A stretch of 64,000 nucleotides of DNA from a virus (IMGVR_UViG_3300046660_000367:34276-98275); one strand, 5' to 3'; counted from the stretch's first letter, positions 27,369 through 37,256 are shown. The notes: generated by a model from the sequence alone, not told the origin. Numbers and translations are program-made.

Positions 27369-29528
27369 ATGGCGAACCCTCCCGATCCATCCAACGTTAA
27401 ACTGCTGTGTCACTTCAACGGCAGCGACGGCCAGACAACGACTACCGATTCGTCGCTGAATGCACGTACCTTAACTGCAAACTCCACCTACGGCGGCGTG
27501 CTATCGACTGCACAAAGCAAATTCGGAGGCGCATCACTCGCATTAGGCGGGGTTAATGGGTCAGCCGTGCCGTATTCGGGCTTTTTTGCGGCCGACAGCG
27601 ATGATTTTGCTTTTGGTGCCGGTCAATTCACGATTGAATCGTGGGCCTACTTTGCCGCAGCCCCCGGTGGCTCCGTACTTTCCATCATGCAGCAATGGGG
27701 GAGCGCGCCTAATCTAGGCTTCTTCTTCGGCATGGTCAGCGGAGCTTTGGCGTTCTACTACTCCACTACGGGGTCAGACAACCCGAACGTCGGCGCGGCG
27801 TGGACCCCAACACTGAATACGTGGTATCACATCGCCGTTGACCGCGATGCCTCTAACGTGCTTCGCGTCTACGTGGATGGCGCGGTACTGGCCAGCGCGA
27901 CCGTAGCGTCAACGTTATTTAATAGTAACCTTGCCGTGGTTGCTGGCGGGCTTTCCTCATCTTGGCCCGGCATCAATGGCTATGTCGATGATCTGCGCGT
28001 GGTCAAGGGGGAGGCGGTCTACGGTGGCGCGTTCACCCGGCCTGCCGCCGCGCTGCCGGACCCGGTGTTGACCATGGCACAGCGCATCGCCGGTATGGAC
28101 TGGGCTTTTGCTGGCCAGCCGTTCGTGCAGGTTGCCAAATCCGGCATCGACACCAGCACCCTGGACGTGGCGCAGGACGGCCAGCCCTTCTCGGCCTCCT
28201 ATGTACTGGCCAGCAGCGGCTCGGCCGCCAGCGGCAGCACCCGCCAGGCGCAAACCGTGACGGCCACCGGATCAACCGGCGTGAATGCCACGGTGGCCAC
28301 CAGCCAGGGGCAGCGCGCCACTGCCACGGCGGCACTGGCTGCCAACGCCACGGCTGCCACAGCCCAGGCGCAGACTGTTGGTGCCACGGCCACGCTGGGC
28401 GCGGACACGACCGCCAGCACCGGCCAGGCCCAGTCTGTGGCCGGGGCACTGGCCAGTAGCGAAGGGGCGACACAAGCGTTCACCGCACAGGCGCAGAGCG
28501 TGGCAGCGCTGGGCGAGGTGCGCAGCGACATGACAGCGGCCACCAGCCAGGCGCAATCCGTCGCCGCGGTTGCGGCAGTGGGCGTGGGCGCCACGGCCAG
28601 CACGGCCCAAGCGCAGAGCATCACAGCGACAGCGGTTGTCGCTGCGGCTGTGAGCGTGGCAACAAGACAAGGCCAGAGCGCAAGCGCAACCGGCCAGATC
28701 GCGGTGGACGCGGTGATCACCACCAGCCAGGCACAGTCCACGACCGCCAGCACCGCGCAAGAATTAGTCTGCAGCGTGGCCACCGGCCAGGCGCAGGGCA
28801 GTATCGCTGCTGCCAGCGTGGCCGTGGCGGCATTGGCCGGCACCGCGCAGGCCGGACAGGCAGCGCAGGCGCAGGGCCAGGTTAGTACCGATGCGCTGGC
28901 GGCGACCGCACAAGGCCAGTCGGCCAGCGCTGCCGCCGCGTTGTCAGCTTCGGCCAGCGTGGCGACTGCGCAGGCGCAGCGCGTGGCGGCCACCGGCCAG
29001 AGCGGCAGCGACAGCCAGAGCAGCAGCAGCCAGGCCCAAAGCAGCAGGGGCGATTTACTCGCCATCAGCGACGGGCAGGGCGTACAGACCTATCAGGCAG
29101 GTCAGACGGTGCAGGCCAGCGGCGAGCTGTCGGTGGCGTTCGCGGTCGAGACGCAGCAGGGGCAAGTAACCATTGCCAGCCTCGGCGTGGCCATGGACAG
29201 CAGCGCGACCACGGCGCAGGCGCAAGGCACGCATGGCGTGATTGTCGCGGGCGTGGACGGCATCGCCAGCACCGGCCAGGCCGGGCAGTCGGTCCATGGC
29301 AGCATCATCGAGTTTGTGCAGCAAGTGGGCGCCATCGCGGTGGGCCAGATCAGTGTGCGCCAGGCGGTCAGCGGGCAATTCGGGATGGCGCTGGCGGTGC
29401 AAGTCCATAGTTGCCTCCGACAGCGCCAGGCAGTCAACGGGCGGGTCGGGATGACGGCATCGGTGCAAGCCCATAGCCGCATCCGGCCAGTCCTGGCTGC
29501 TTACACCAATTTGAGGCCCGCACAATGA
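27369..29528 (+). CDS. LamG/ConA-like domain tail-fibre protein with about 19-aa (A/S)TxQAQ repeats
   Basis: LLCHFNGSDG.TT..DSS, FTIESW, NTWYHIAV.R, GYVDDLRVVKG.A.Y; repeat stalk. Confidence 0.75.
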   Translation: MANPPDPSNVKLLCHFNGSDGQTTTTDSSLNARTLTANSTYGGVLSTAQSKFGGASLALGGVNGSAVPYSGFFAADSDDFAFGAGQFTIESWAYFAAAPGGSVLSIMQQWGSAPNLGFFFGMVSGALAFYYSTTGSDNPNVGAAWTPTLNTWYHIAVDRDASNVLRVYVDGAVLASATVASTLFNSNLAVVAGGLSSSWPGINGYVDDLRVVKGEAVYGGAFTRPAAALPDPVLTMAQRIAGMDWAFAGQPFVQVAKSGIDTSTLDVAQDGQPFSASYVLASSGSAASGSTRQAQTVTATGSTGVNATVATSQGQRATATAALAANATAATAQAQTVGATATLGADTTASTGQAQSVAGALASSEGATQAFTAQAQSVAALGEVRSDMTAATSQAQSVAAVAAVGVGATASTAQAQSITATAVVAAAVSVATRQGQSASATGQIAVDAVITTSQAQSTTASTAQELVCSVATGQAQGSIAAASVAVAALAGTAQAGQAAQAQGQVSTDALAATAQGQSASAAAALSASASVATAQAQRVAATGQSGSDSQSSSSQAQSSRGDLLAISDGQGVQTYQAGQTVQASGELSVAFAVETQQGQVTIASLGVAMDSSATTAQAQGTHGVIVAGVDGIASTGQAGQSVHGSIIEFVQQVGAIAVGQISVRQAVSGQFGMALAVQVHSCLRQRQAVNGRVGMTASVQAHSRIRPVLAAYTNLRPAQ

Positions 29529-29851
29529 CCACGATCACCTTACTGTATATCGGCAACGACAATATCCTGGAAGTGTGCCATGTGCGCCAGGAACTGACCG
29601 GCGACTTTCTTAACAGCGCCACGGTGTCGGTGACGCTGTTTGACGAGGACGGCACGGAAGTGACAGGCGACACCTGGCCCAAGCCCATGCCCTATGTGGA
29701 CAGCAGCAAGGGCGTGTACCGCGCCCTGCTGCCGGCCAGCCTGGACTTGCTGCCCAATGGGCGCTATGTGGCGGAGATCAACGTGGACGCGGGGGCCGGA
29801 TTGCTGGGCCAGTGGAGCGTCAATTGCGTGGCGCGCGTGCGCGACAGTTAA
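29525..29851 (+). CDS. small Ig/BppU-like structural protein
   Basis: beta-rich 108 aa, coupled to the fibre gene. Confidence 0.5.
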   Translation: MTTITLLYIGNDNILEVCHVRQELTGDFLNSATVSVTLFDEDGTEVTGDTWPKPMPYVDSSKGVYRALLPASLDLLPNGRYVAEINVDAGAGLLGQWSVNCVARVRDS

Positions 29852-29864
29852 AAACCGCCCCGGA

Positions 29865-30140
29865 TTAACCGGAGTGATCATCCAGCCACTCTCCCGAATG
29901 ACCTTCCTCGTTCAGACTTTGCACCACGGAACCACCACCTTGCGCATCCAAGCTCTTGAGCTTGTCGATGAGTTGTGACGCCTCGGCCACGTTCAGGCCT
30001 TTGATCCAGCTTTCGACAGTGCCGCTACGCGCTCGCATGGTGACGCCAAAGTCCTTGTAGCGCCGATCCATGAAGCGTACCGAGTAGCCGTTCTTGGCGA
30101 GCAGCGTCAGAATGTAATTCGTCTGCTTTTCCGTCGTCAT
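29865..30140 (-). CDS. hypothetical protein
   Basis: TEKQ.NYI..L...EASQLIDKLK motif. Confidence 0.55.
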   Translation of the reverse strand: MTTEKQTNYILTLLAKNGYSVRFMDRRYKDFGVTMRARSGTVESWIKGLNVAEASQLIDKLKSLDAQGGGSVVQSLNEEGHSGEWLDDHSG

Positions 30141-30159
30141 GATTAGCTCCCCATGTAAG

Positions 30160-30726
30160 TTAAAACGGCAACCGCCGGCAATCGTGGGCGAACCGAACCA
30201 GCGCGTGCAGCAGGTCTACTCCAGGCTGCGTGTCGGCGTCGAAGCTGGGATTGAGCGCTTTCGCGGCATCGACAGCAGCGGTGAGGCCCTTGCGCACCAC
30301 CTCCTGCCCGGCCTCGTCCAGCGGTGGTGGGGCGGCTTCCTCGCGCACGATCTTGTTGTCCTGCGTGAGGTACAGTTCGCGGTCCGTCAGCATGATGTCC
30401 GCATACACCCACGGCCATTGGGTGAAGCGTTCCATATGGTATCGCTCCAGATGCAAGCGTTTCGATTTTTCATGCCGGTCGGTTTCAGCTTCAAACCATG
30501 CGAGGTTGGGTGGCAGGTCGAATATGCCGTCGTTGACCCAGCTGCGCAGCATGTTTGCGTCAGCGTCCGTGGCATCGGCGGGGATTTGCGGCTTGGCCGG
30601 TCCATCGAAGGGGTCAGCCTCGGGCATGAACCAGGCCGGAATGTCACGCGGGGCGCGTGCGGCGAAGTAGTCGAGCAGCGTGGCGCTCGATGCGGGGATT
30701 TCTGCGGCTGGCGATGTGTCGTTCAT
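30160..30726 (-). CDS. hypothetical protein
   Basis: LLDYFAARAP...QWPW.YAD.ML; AGGAG SD. Confidence 0.6.
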   Translation of the reverse strand: MNDTSPAAEIPASSATLLDYFAARAPRDIPAWFMPEADPFDGPAKPQIPADATDADANMLRSWVNDGIFDLPPNLAWFEAETDRHEKSKRLHLERYHMERFTQWPWVYADIMLTDRELYLTQDNKIVREEAAPPPLDEAGQEVVRKGLTAAVDAAKALNPSFDADTQPGVDLLHALVRFAHDCRRLPF

Positions 30727-30752
30727 GTGGTTCTCCTGTTGGTGGTGGGTAG

Positions 30753-31193
30753 TTACTGCAAAGTAGGCAACAGCAGCGGCTGCGCGTTCCGATAGCGCTC
30801 CTGGTAGCCGTCCTCCCAAGGAAAGGCGCCGTTCTGCGGATCGGGCCAGACCACTTGCAGCGCGCGGTAATCGGGATTGCGGTACAGCGCCTGGAACATG
30901 AACTGGTCGGCCATGGCGCGCTCGGCCTGGACCAGTTGCACGTCAGCGGCCAGCACGTCCTGCAGGCGGGTATAGCTTGGCAGGACTTCGCCGTCGCTCA
31001 TGCGCTGGGCCAGCGTGTTCAGCGCGAAGCCGGCGACCTCGAAGGGCAGCGAGAAGGTGATCAGTTCGGGCAGGTGCTTGTCGGTCAGGCCGATGGTGTA
31101 GGCGAAGCTGGGCGTGTCGTTACTGCCGCCGACTAGCTGCACCATCCAGCCGACGCGGGCGATGATCTGCTCAGGGGTTTCAAGTTTGCGCAT
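30753..31193 (-). CDS. DUF4262 domain protein
   Basis: GWMVQ.V...FAYTIGL....PELI...ALQVVWPD..G.FPWE..Y...QPLL. Confidence 0.8.
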   Translation of the reverse strand: MRKLETPEQIIARVGWMVQLVGGSNDTPSFAYTIGLTDKHLPELITFSLPFEVAGFALNTLAQRMSDGEVLPSYTRLQDVLAADVQLVQAERAMADQFMFQALYRNPDYRALQVVWPDPQNGAFPWEDGYQERYRNAQPLLLPTLQ

Positions 31194-31195
31194 GG

Positions 31196-31942
31196 TCAGC
31201 TCCCCATGAACACTTCAAACAGCGGCACCGAACCACCAGAGGCAACAGGGGTCAGGTTCTCGAAGAACACATGGTCGCCAAGGTCGTCTTTGATGACCGA
31301 CTTGTGCAGCAGCCAGATGATCTCGGCATAGCTCATGTCGTGCGTGCCGTCGCCGATGTGCTTGATGTTTTTCTTGCCCCGGAACCGCCAGCTGCGCGGG
31401 AACCGAATGTCCAGCTCAGTCAAGCCGGACAGTGCGGCCAGCCGGGTAACGTCATACGGCTTGATTGCCGGGTTGTCGCCGTGGATATCCTGCTCCTGTA
31501 CCGCTACAGCCGCCATAAATGCAGCGGGCGACTCGGGCAGGTTTTCGGGGAGCATGGGCCATTGAAAACGGCGTCCGAACAGCGGATGCAGTTCTTCTTC
31601 CGTGTATTCCTCGTCGTCCTCGTCGTCCTCGCACTCCGGTTCGGGCATGAAGCCCTCGGCCAGCGCGACCTGCTTCGATGTAGTGTAGAAGGTGGCGTAG
31701 TCATCGGCGACACTGCCGTTGTCTTGCAGATCGATGCCAAGCGCCTTCCAGCGGTCGAGCAGGGCAACGGCATCGGCCAGCGCCGTGCGGAACTCGTCGA
31801 AGCTGGCCGCGTCGATGGCGAGGTACTTGTTGCGCCACAGGTAGCTGTAGGTGGTGCCTTCGGGCGCGTTGCGGATGGTGGCGGCATCCTCGGCGCTCAG
31901 GCCGGGATGGACGGTTTCCTGCGGGGTCTTACGCTTGGTCAT
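31196..31942 (-). CDS. hypothetical acidic protein
   Basis: SD plus ATG; two-domain appearance. Confidence 0.6.
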   Translation of the reverse strand: MTKRKTPQETVHPGLSAEDAATIRNAPEGTTYSYLWRNKYLAIDAASFDEFRTALADAVALLDRWKALGIDLQDNGSVADDYATFYTTSKQVALAEGFMPEPECEDDEDDEEYTEEELHPLFGRRFQWPMLPENLPESPAAFMAAVAVQEQDIHGDNPAIKPYDVTRLAALSGLTELDIRFPRSWRFRGKKNIKHIGDGTHDMSYAEIIWLLHKSVIKDDLGDHVFFENLTPVASGGSVPLFEVFMGS

Positions 31943-31952
31943 GCTGGTTCTC

Positions 31953-32174
31953 CTAAAGCTCATTGAAAAAAGGGTCATCGGTCGTGCTGCACACCATTCG
32001 AGCGTGGCACGCGGTCCATGCTGGCCCCACACTTTCCAGCACCGCCGCTTCCGCGTGCGCGAGAGCGGTTGCGGTCAGCAAGAAGCGTGCATAGATGTTT
32101 TGCGGGTGGTTCTTGACGACGACGTAATACACCCAGCGTTTGGCCGGGTCGCCGGGCGGGTTATGAATCGGCAT
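31953..32174 (-). CDS. hypothetical protein
   Basis: AGGAG SD. Confidence 0.5.
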   Translation of the reverse strand: MPIHNPPGDPAKRWVYYVVVKNHPQNIYARFLLTATALAHAEAAVLESVGPAWTACHARMVCSTTDDPFFNEL

Positions 32175-32352
32175 GCTGGTTCTCCTGTTTGGGTTGGGCT
32201 GCAAGTTCGGCCTGGTACTCTTTCCACAGGACCGAACGGTAAAGGGTGGATAAGGCGATGCCGACCCGCTTGGCCGCGGCGTAGCCGGTCATCCCGCCGC
32301 GCACGAGTTTCATTACCTTGACCATTTCTACTGATGTGCGTCGTCCGCTCAT
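32161..32352 (-). CDS. small HTH protein
   Basis: GMTGYAAAKRVGIALSTLYRS. Confidence 0.6.
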   Translation of the reverse strand: MSGRRTSVEMVKVMKLVRGGMTGYAAAKRVGIALSTLYRSVLWKEYQAELAAQPKQENQHADS

Positions 32353-32497
32353 GTTGGCTCCTTGTTCTGTTGTTGCTGGTTCCCGCTGTGCTTTGCAGCG
32401 GGATTTTAAGCCATCCCCCGCATTGGGGATGCCGACCGGGTTGATCGCCGGTCGTTGTCGCTGTTAATTCAGTTCAATCTCCTTGGTGGTGATGCGG

Positions 32498-32656
32498 TTA
32501 GCGGGGGTTCAGGCCGTTGCGGTCGCCGAGTGCGCCGCCAATGGCGACGACCAGTCGGCCAATCGCCAGGTGTTCCGCAATCCAGTCGCTGATGCTGTGC
32601 TGCGACATCAGTTCGACCAGCGCCACGATAACGATAGCGGCAAGTTTCACGCGCAT
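32498..32656 (-). CDS. small hydrophobic peptide
   Basis: AAGGAGG SD; MRVKLAAIVIVALVEL. Confidence 0.45.
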   Translation of the reverse strand: MRVKLAAIVIVALVELMSQHSISDWIAEHLAIGRLVVAIGGALGDRNGLNPR

Positions 32657-32834
32657 GGATACCTCCTTAGTAGTAAGCGGTGGACGCTGCCCTGCGGTGC
32701 AGGGCAAACCGTCCGTCTATCCCATGACTGCTCTTATCGTTATTCAGCGCTCGCGCTCTAGTGGCTGCGGCCTGTTGCTGCTGGTGCCAAAGCCCCATCT
32801 TGTGGGGCAGAGGGTGCAGCATGGGCGGGCGGCG

Positions 32835-33083
32835 TCAGCGTGGTGGGATAAGCGCCTTCGGCGGCGGCAAGATTGAGCGGAAGACCTTGCACGCCGCTTC
32901 GCGCTTCTCGCGCATTTCACTGGAGCCGTACCAGTCTGGCCCCTCGACCCAGCAGGGGGCGGCATTGGGCAGGCTGCAAACCACTAGCTCCAGATCGGTG
33001 TCGATTTCACGCAGCAGACGGCGTAGGTGGGACGCTTCGGCGGCGTTCGGCTTGCGGTCGGACAGGGCGATGAAGTGGGACAT
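32835..33083 (-). CDS. hypothetical protein
   Basis: GGAG SD. Confidence 0.5.
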   Translation of the reverse strand: MSHFIALSDRKPNAAEASHLRRLLREIDTDLELVVCSLPNAAPCWVEGPDWYGSSEMREKREAACKVFRSILPPPKALIPPR

Positions 33084-33106
33084 GATGTTCTCCAGTGGAC
33101 CAGGTG

Positions 33107-33295
33107 TCATACGTTGACAACTTCAGCTTCAGGATTAATGTCGAAGTCTGCATTGACGCAGTGCGGGCCTTTTGTATTTATTTTGAAGCCGTCTTCACTA
33201 GGGTAGCAGGCAGCTGCGTAATCGAGCGCGTCGCTTTCGTTGCCGATGATAGTGGCGACATGCAAACTGTTTTCGTCAAGAATGTAGAAGTTCAT
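33107..33295 (-). CDS. hypothetical protein
   Basis: AGGAG SD. Confidence 0.5.
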   Translation of the reverse strand: MNFYILDENSLHVATIIGNESDALDYAAACYPSEDGFKINTKGPHCVNADFDINPEAEVVNV

Positions 33296-33400
33296 GGTGT
33301 TCTCCTGTCCTGGCCGCGCCGGGTGCACAGCTCCTACTGCCAAAGCCCCATCGTGTGGGGCAGTGGCGGAACATGGGGCGGGGCGGATCGTCAGTACGCG

Positions 33401-34159
33401 CTACGAGCGGTCGATAATCTCCTGACCGTCGATGCGGTCGGCGAGGTAGTGCGCTTTAAGCTCCGCTTTCAGGTCGTCTTCGTCGTCTTCGTCGCGGCAG
33501 CCAACACCGTCGATCTCGTCGAGCAGGTCGATTACTGTGTCGCGGGAAAGGTCAGCGATGGCGACCAGCACGCCGTCGGCCTTCTCGCCATCGGCGTGTG
33601 GGGCGGGAGGCTCGATCACGGTCCAGCCGCGCGCACGCATGATGTAGGCGACAGTCTGCAAAGTGTCGTGCGGCACGTCGGCATCATCGACCGAGATCAT
33701 GGCGCGGCACTCGGGGCAGACCCCGGCTGGCACCAGTTCGCCAGCGCTGATGCGTTCGTGGATATGGTGAAGGTGGTGCAGTCCGTCCATATCGTCCATG
33801 GTGCCGGTCCAGTCGCAATCGGGGCATTCATACACGGTGGCTGACGGGGCCGGGGCAGGGTGTTCGACCGTCTCGCCATTGACCTCGTACAGGCTCGGCG
33901 TGCCGCGCAGGCTAACTTCGCCTATGATCGGATCGCCGCTGCGCCATGCGCCGAAGTTGGTATCTGCGCAGTGCAGTGCCCCTTTCAGCTGGAGGCGTGC
34001 GTCAGCCTCGTCGCTGGCCTTGACGCGCAGCGCAGCGGCCAGGACGACATCGAAGGCGTATTCGTTTTGCTGAGTGGCTGGCGCGGCGGCGGGTTCCCCA
34101 AGTTGGTACATGTTGTCGCGCCGGAGTCCTTCCAGCAGCGTGGTGGGTTTCTGTTCCAT
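33401..34159 (-). CDS. acidic multi-domain hypothetical protein with Zn ribbon
   Basis: CPDCDW...PAGVCPEC. Confidence 0.6.
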   Translation of the reverse strand: MEQKPTTLLEGLRRDNMYQLGEPAAAPATQQNEYAFDVVLAAALRVKASDEADARLQLKGALHCADTNFGAWRSGDPIIGEVSLRGTPSLYEVNGETVEHPAPAPSATVYECPDCDWTGTMDDMDGLHHLHHIHERISAGELVPAGVCPECRAMISVDDADVPHDTLQTVAYIMRARGWTVIEPPAPHADGEKADGVLVAIADLSRDTVIDLLDEIDGVGCRDEDDEDDLKAELKAHYLADRIDGQEIIDRS

Positions 34160-34240
34160 GGTGTTGCTCCTTTCATGTGGTGGTCGGGACAGTTCCCGCT
34201 CATGCGCCCTGGCTCGCAGGACGCATGCGCTGGTGCTGTC

Positions 34241-34483
34241 CTAGCCCTCGTTCTGCAGCGGGTCGTAGCCCAAGGCAGCGACTCGGTGCGCGGCGATGTT
34301 CAGGTCTTTGCCGTCATCGTCGCACGCATCCTCGTCGGCCATTTCCGGCAGGGCGTCGGGTCGCGCTTGCCAGTAGTCGTACAGCTTTTCGGCGTCGGCC
34401 ACGCTGCGCAGCCCTGCGGCCATGTCCTCGTCTTGCCAGCCCAGCCAATCCGCAATGGCGACGGCTTTTTCGCGTGTATTCAT
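34241..34483 (-). CDS. hypothetical protein
   Basis: GGAG SD, acidic. Confidence 0.55.
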   Translation of the reverse strand: MNTREKAVAIADWLGWQDEDMAAGLRSVADAEKLYDYWQARPDALPEMADEDACDDDGKDLNIAAHRVAALGYDPLQNEG

Positions 34484-34507
34484 GTTGTTCTCCAGTCGTG
34501 GGTGGGC

Positions 34508-35059
34508 TTATTCGGGCAGGGGCTTGAATAGCAGCGCGCCGTCGATGATCGGCTCCCACGGGATCGGGCCGGTGGTGTCAAGCGGGACGCGCCCGATGTA
34601 GGTCGGTTCGGTGTCGGTGTCCAATTCGTAATGCTTGCGCCACGCGATCATCGCGTCGTCGGCGGTGGACGCACGCACTAGCAGGTCTTGGTCGCCCTCG
34701 TGGTCGCGCACATAGAACATGGGCAGCACCGGTTCCTTGTGTTCGACCAGCTGGTAGCCGCAGTAGGCGACGTTGCCAACGATGATGGCCGGGTAGTCGT
34801 AGCCATCGGCGGCGCTGGTGGGTGCTTCCAGCACCAATGGGGACCACGGTTTCCAGCCAGTGACGGCCAGGGCGGTGTGGTAGGTGTCGGTGTCACGGAA
34901 TTGCACGGTGGTGGTGTACTTCTGCTCGAAGTGTGTCACGCCAGCGACAACCAGCCGGTAGCTCGGCGCGGCCTGCGAGATTTCTTCCTGCTGCGCCTCG
35001 CTCAGGCCGTCAGGGTAGGGGAACGGGTAGCCGTTCGATAGAATCAGGTTCATGGTCAA
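34508..35059 (-). CDS. hypothetical protein
   Basis: SD, coupled ORF. Confidence 0.55.
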   Translation of the reverse strand: MTMNLILSNGYPFPYPDGLSEAQQEEISQAAPSYRLVVAGVTHFEQKYTTTVQFRDTDTYHTALAVTGWKPWSPLVLEAPTSAADGYDYPAIIVGNVAYCGYQLVEHKEPVLPMFYVRDHEGDQDLLVRASTADDAMIAWRKHYELDTDTEPTYIGRVPLDTTGPIPWEPIIDGALLFKPLPE

Positions 35060-35469
35060 GCTCCTTGGTCTTCGGTTGCGCCATCATTGGTGACAGCGGC
35101 GGGGGATACCCCGGCTTCCTCGTCAGTGATCCATATCCAGGCCATGACATAGGCCCCCGGATCGTCGCCACGCGAGACCACGGCGGGAACATCGACCTCC
35201 AGTTCACCTTCGCTCACGTGGCCGAGCGCTGCGGCGACGTAGGGATTGCTCGCGTCCTCGCCGAACAGCGGCACCACGTCGCAGAAAACGACGCCGGGCT
35301 GCCCCAGCTCCTTGGCCAGCGCGAGCAGGTCGCCGGAGTGCAGGTCGATGGCGGCGGACATGTCGTTGGTGTCGATCCAGGCAGCGGTATTGCGCAGCGC
35401 GAAGCGGATGGCTTGCAGTTGCTGCGCGGTGAGCGCGTACAGCGTCGGTTTGTCGTCAGTCTGGTTCAT
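35056..35469 (-). CDS. hypothetical protein
   Basis: EGELEVD..AVVS.G.D.GAYVMAWIW. Confidence 0.6.
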   Translation of the reverse strand: MNQTDDKPTLYALTAQQLQAIRFALRNTAAWIDTNDMSAAIDLHSGDLLALAKELGQPGVVFCDVVPLFGEDASNPYVAAALGHVSEGELEVDVPAVVSRGDDPGAYVMAWIWITDEEAGVSPAAVTNDGATEDQGA

Positions 35470-35932
35470 GTGCGGCTCCTTGGAGGATGGTGATGGTTTG
35501 CATGTTGCCCAGCTTGCCACGGTGGGCGCAGTCGTTGCACTCAGCGTAACTGTCGTTGTCCCATTCCATGTCGCCGCTGGGGCCGTCCTGCACATCATGG
35601 TCATCATCGGGCAGGAACTCGACGATGACCGATTGCAGCACGTCGAGCTTGAAGGTATGCCCGCCGCACGCTGGGCAGGTGTATTCCGGCTCGTCCTCGT
35701 CTTCCTCGTCATCGTCCGGCATGGTGGTAGGCAGGTGCGTGTTGAAACGCGCCATGTCGGCCTCGATCCGGCTCAGCCAGCGCGGCGCGATCTCCACGCC
35801 GTTCTCGTAGCCGAATTTGATCTGGCCGGCCTTGACCATGGCGTACACGCGGCCCATGGCCGGGTGCAGGCCGGTGTCGTTGGGATGGACGTGAGCCAGG
35901 TAGGCGGCGTCGAAAGTGTCAAAGCGTTGCAT
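35456..35932 (-). CDS. hypothetical Zn-ribbon protein
   Basis: CPACG...EWDNDS..ECNDC. Confidence 0.6.
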   Translation of the reverse strand: MQRFDTFDAAYLAHVHPNDTGLHPAMGRVYAMVKAGQIKFGYENGVEIAPRWLSRIEADMARFNTHLPTTMPDDDEEDEDEPEYTCPACGGHTFKLDVLQSVIVEFLPDDDHDVQDGPSGDMEWDNDSYAECNDCAHRGKLGNMQTITILQGAAHEPD

Positions 35933-36005
35933 GGTGTCCTCCGTATGGGTGGTGGATCGGGACAGCTCCCGCGTCAGCGCCCCGTCAAGAGGCGCTGACA
36001 CTGGC

Positions 36006-36554
36006 TCAGTCCTTCTGGTTGATCGGGTTGTCAGGATCGGCACCGGGCGTGCCCCAGCCGAACAGCGAGCCGTTGAACATGGCTCTGGCTTGTGCTGGGG
36101 TGACGCCGCTGGCCTCGTTCAACGCAGCGGCGGTCATATTGGTGTAGATCGGGTTGTAGCCCGTTTCGCCGCGTGTCACGCTGATGACAGGCGGGATGCC
36201 ATGCGGGCCAGTGCACAATCCGGTGTTCTCAACGAACGCCTGCGGTGGCAGCTTGGCGAGGTTGGCGGGGTGGAGCAGACGGTCCTGAATCGCCTTCTTT
36301 TCCGCCTGATAGGCCGGTTCAAACTCGGCCACGGTGCCGTCATAGTCGCAAGCGAGGCAGGTGCAGGGCGATTCGTCGTGCCATTCGTGGCCGGTGCCGC
36401 CGTTGTGCGCTTGGTCCTCGTCGGTGCCGTCCGCAGTCAGGCGCACCTTGACGGTGGCGGTGATGTCAAGCTGGTCGCTGGCCCCGCACTGCGGGCAGAA
36501 CAGGCCGAACTGGTTGTCGCATGCGGTCAGGTTGGGGTGGGTGTGCATGGTCAT
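36006..36554 (-). CDS. hypothetical Zn-ribbon protein
   Basis: CPQCG...EW.DES.C.C.AC; GETGY...N...GVTPAQA.AM..GSLFGW..PGADP. Confidence 0.65.
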   Translation of the reverse strand: MTMHTHPNLTACDNQFGLFCPQCGASDQLDITATVKVRLTADGTDEDQAHNGGTGHEWHDESPCTCLACDYDGTVAEFEPAYQAEKKAIQDRLLHPANLAKLPPQAFVENTGLCTGPHGIPPVISVTRGETGYNPIYTNMTAAALNEASGVTPAQARAMFNGSLFGWGTPGADPDNPINQKD

Positions 36555-36883
36555 TCTCCTTTGACGGTGGCGAGGTTGGCGAAGGCGCGGCGCAGCGTGC
36601 CCCACGGCAGATCGAAACGGGGATCGCTGGCGCGCTTGGCATCGGCGGCGAGGAAGTCGCGCACTGCATCGGCCAGGATGGCGTGGGCCGGGAGCGCCTC
36701 GATCATGGGTTGCACCAGTTCGATATCGGCGATCTTCGCTTCCAGTTCGGCGCAGGTTTCTGACTCGGCGTCGTCATCCTGGCTAGAGGCCAGATCGTCG
36801 TTCAGGGTGGCCAGCAGCTCGGTGATGCAGTAGTCGATGACGGCCCCGGCGTCGGGGAAGAATCTAAGGTCAGTCGTTTTCAT
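36551..36883 (-). CDS. hypothetical protein
   Basis: AAGGAG SD. Confidence 0.55.
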   Translation of the reverse strand: MKTTDLRFFPDAGAVIDYCITELLATLNDDLASSQDDDAESETCAELEAKIADIELVQPMIEALPAHAILADAVRDFLAADAKRASDPRFDLPWGTLRRAFANLATVKGE

Positions 36884-36909
36884 GGCATAACTCCTTGGTG
36901 GCTGGTCAG

Positions 36910-37179
36910 TTAGTTCTGGCAGTTATCGCACAGCCCGATCTGGCCCGATTCCAGCGGGTTGGCGCAGCGTTCGCAGTAGGTGCTGCCCATCGGGTCTTCA
37001 TCCTCGTCCTCATCAGGTTGAGGGTAGGCGCGCAGGTCGATGCGCTCGCCGACACCCAGCACGGCGCAATGATCAATATCGTTGATCGGCATCCAGTCCT
37101 GTTCATCGACGCTGAACACCCGCACGATGGCGTCGGGCGGCAGTGTGGCGAGGCTGGCAATCAGTTGTGTGACGTTCAT
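36910..37179 (-). CDS. hypothetical protein
   Basis: MNV.QLI..L..LPPDA.V; C-terminal CxxC..CxxC. Confidence 0.55.
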   Translation of the reverse strand: MNVTQLIASLATLPPDAIVRVFSVDEQDWMPINDIDHCAVLGVGERIDLRAYPQPDEDEDEDPMGSTYCERCANPLESGQIGLCDNCQN

Positions 37180-37256
37180 GGTGATCTCCTTGCTGGTGGG
37201 TGGTGGATCGGCATAGTGCCCGCGTGAGCGCCCCGCGAGAGGCGCTGACACTGGCA

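Larger units (their letters stand above)
32785..33386. repeat. intergenic repeat A, two copies (32785-32832 and 33338-33386)
   Basis: TGCCAAAGCCCCATC(T/G)TGTGGGGCAG...CATGGG..GGGCGG. Confidence 0.8.
34177..37255. repeat. intergenic repeat B, three copies (34177-34241, 35947-36005, 37198-37255)
   Basis: GGTGG(A)TCGG..AG..CCCGC..AGCGCCCC....AGAGGCGCTGACACTGGC; the 34177 copy is more diverged. Confidence 0.8.

Noticed and set aside
24649-29528. Diversity-generating retroelement acting on fibre genes
   Set aside because: No reverse transcriptase and no template/variable repeat pair seen in the window
32785-37255. Integron attC cassette array
   Set aside because: The repeats lack clear RYYYAAC/GTTRRRY ends and no integron integrase is present
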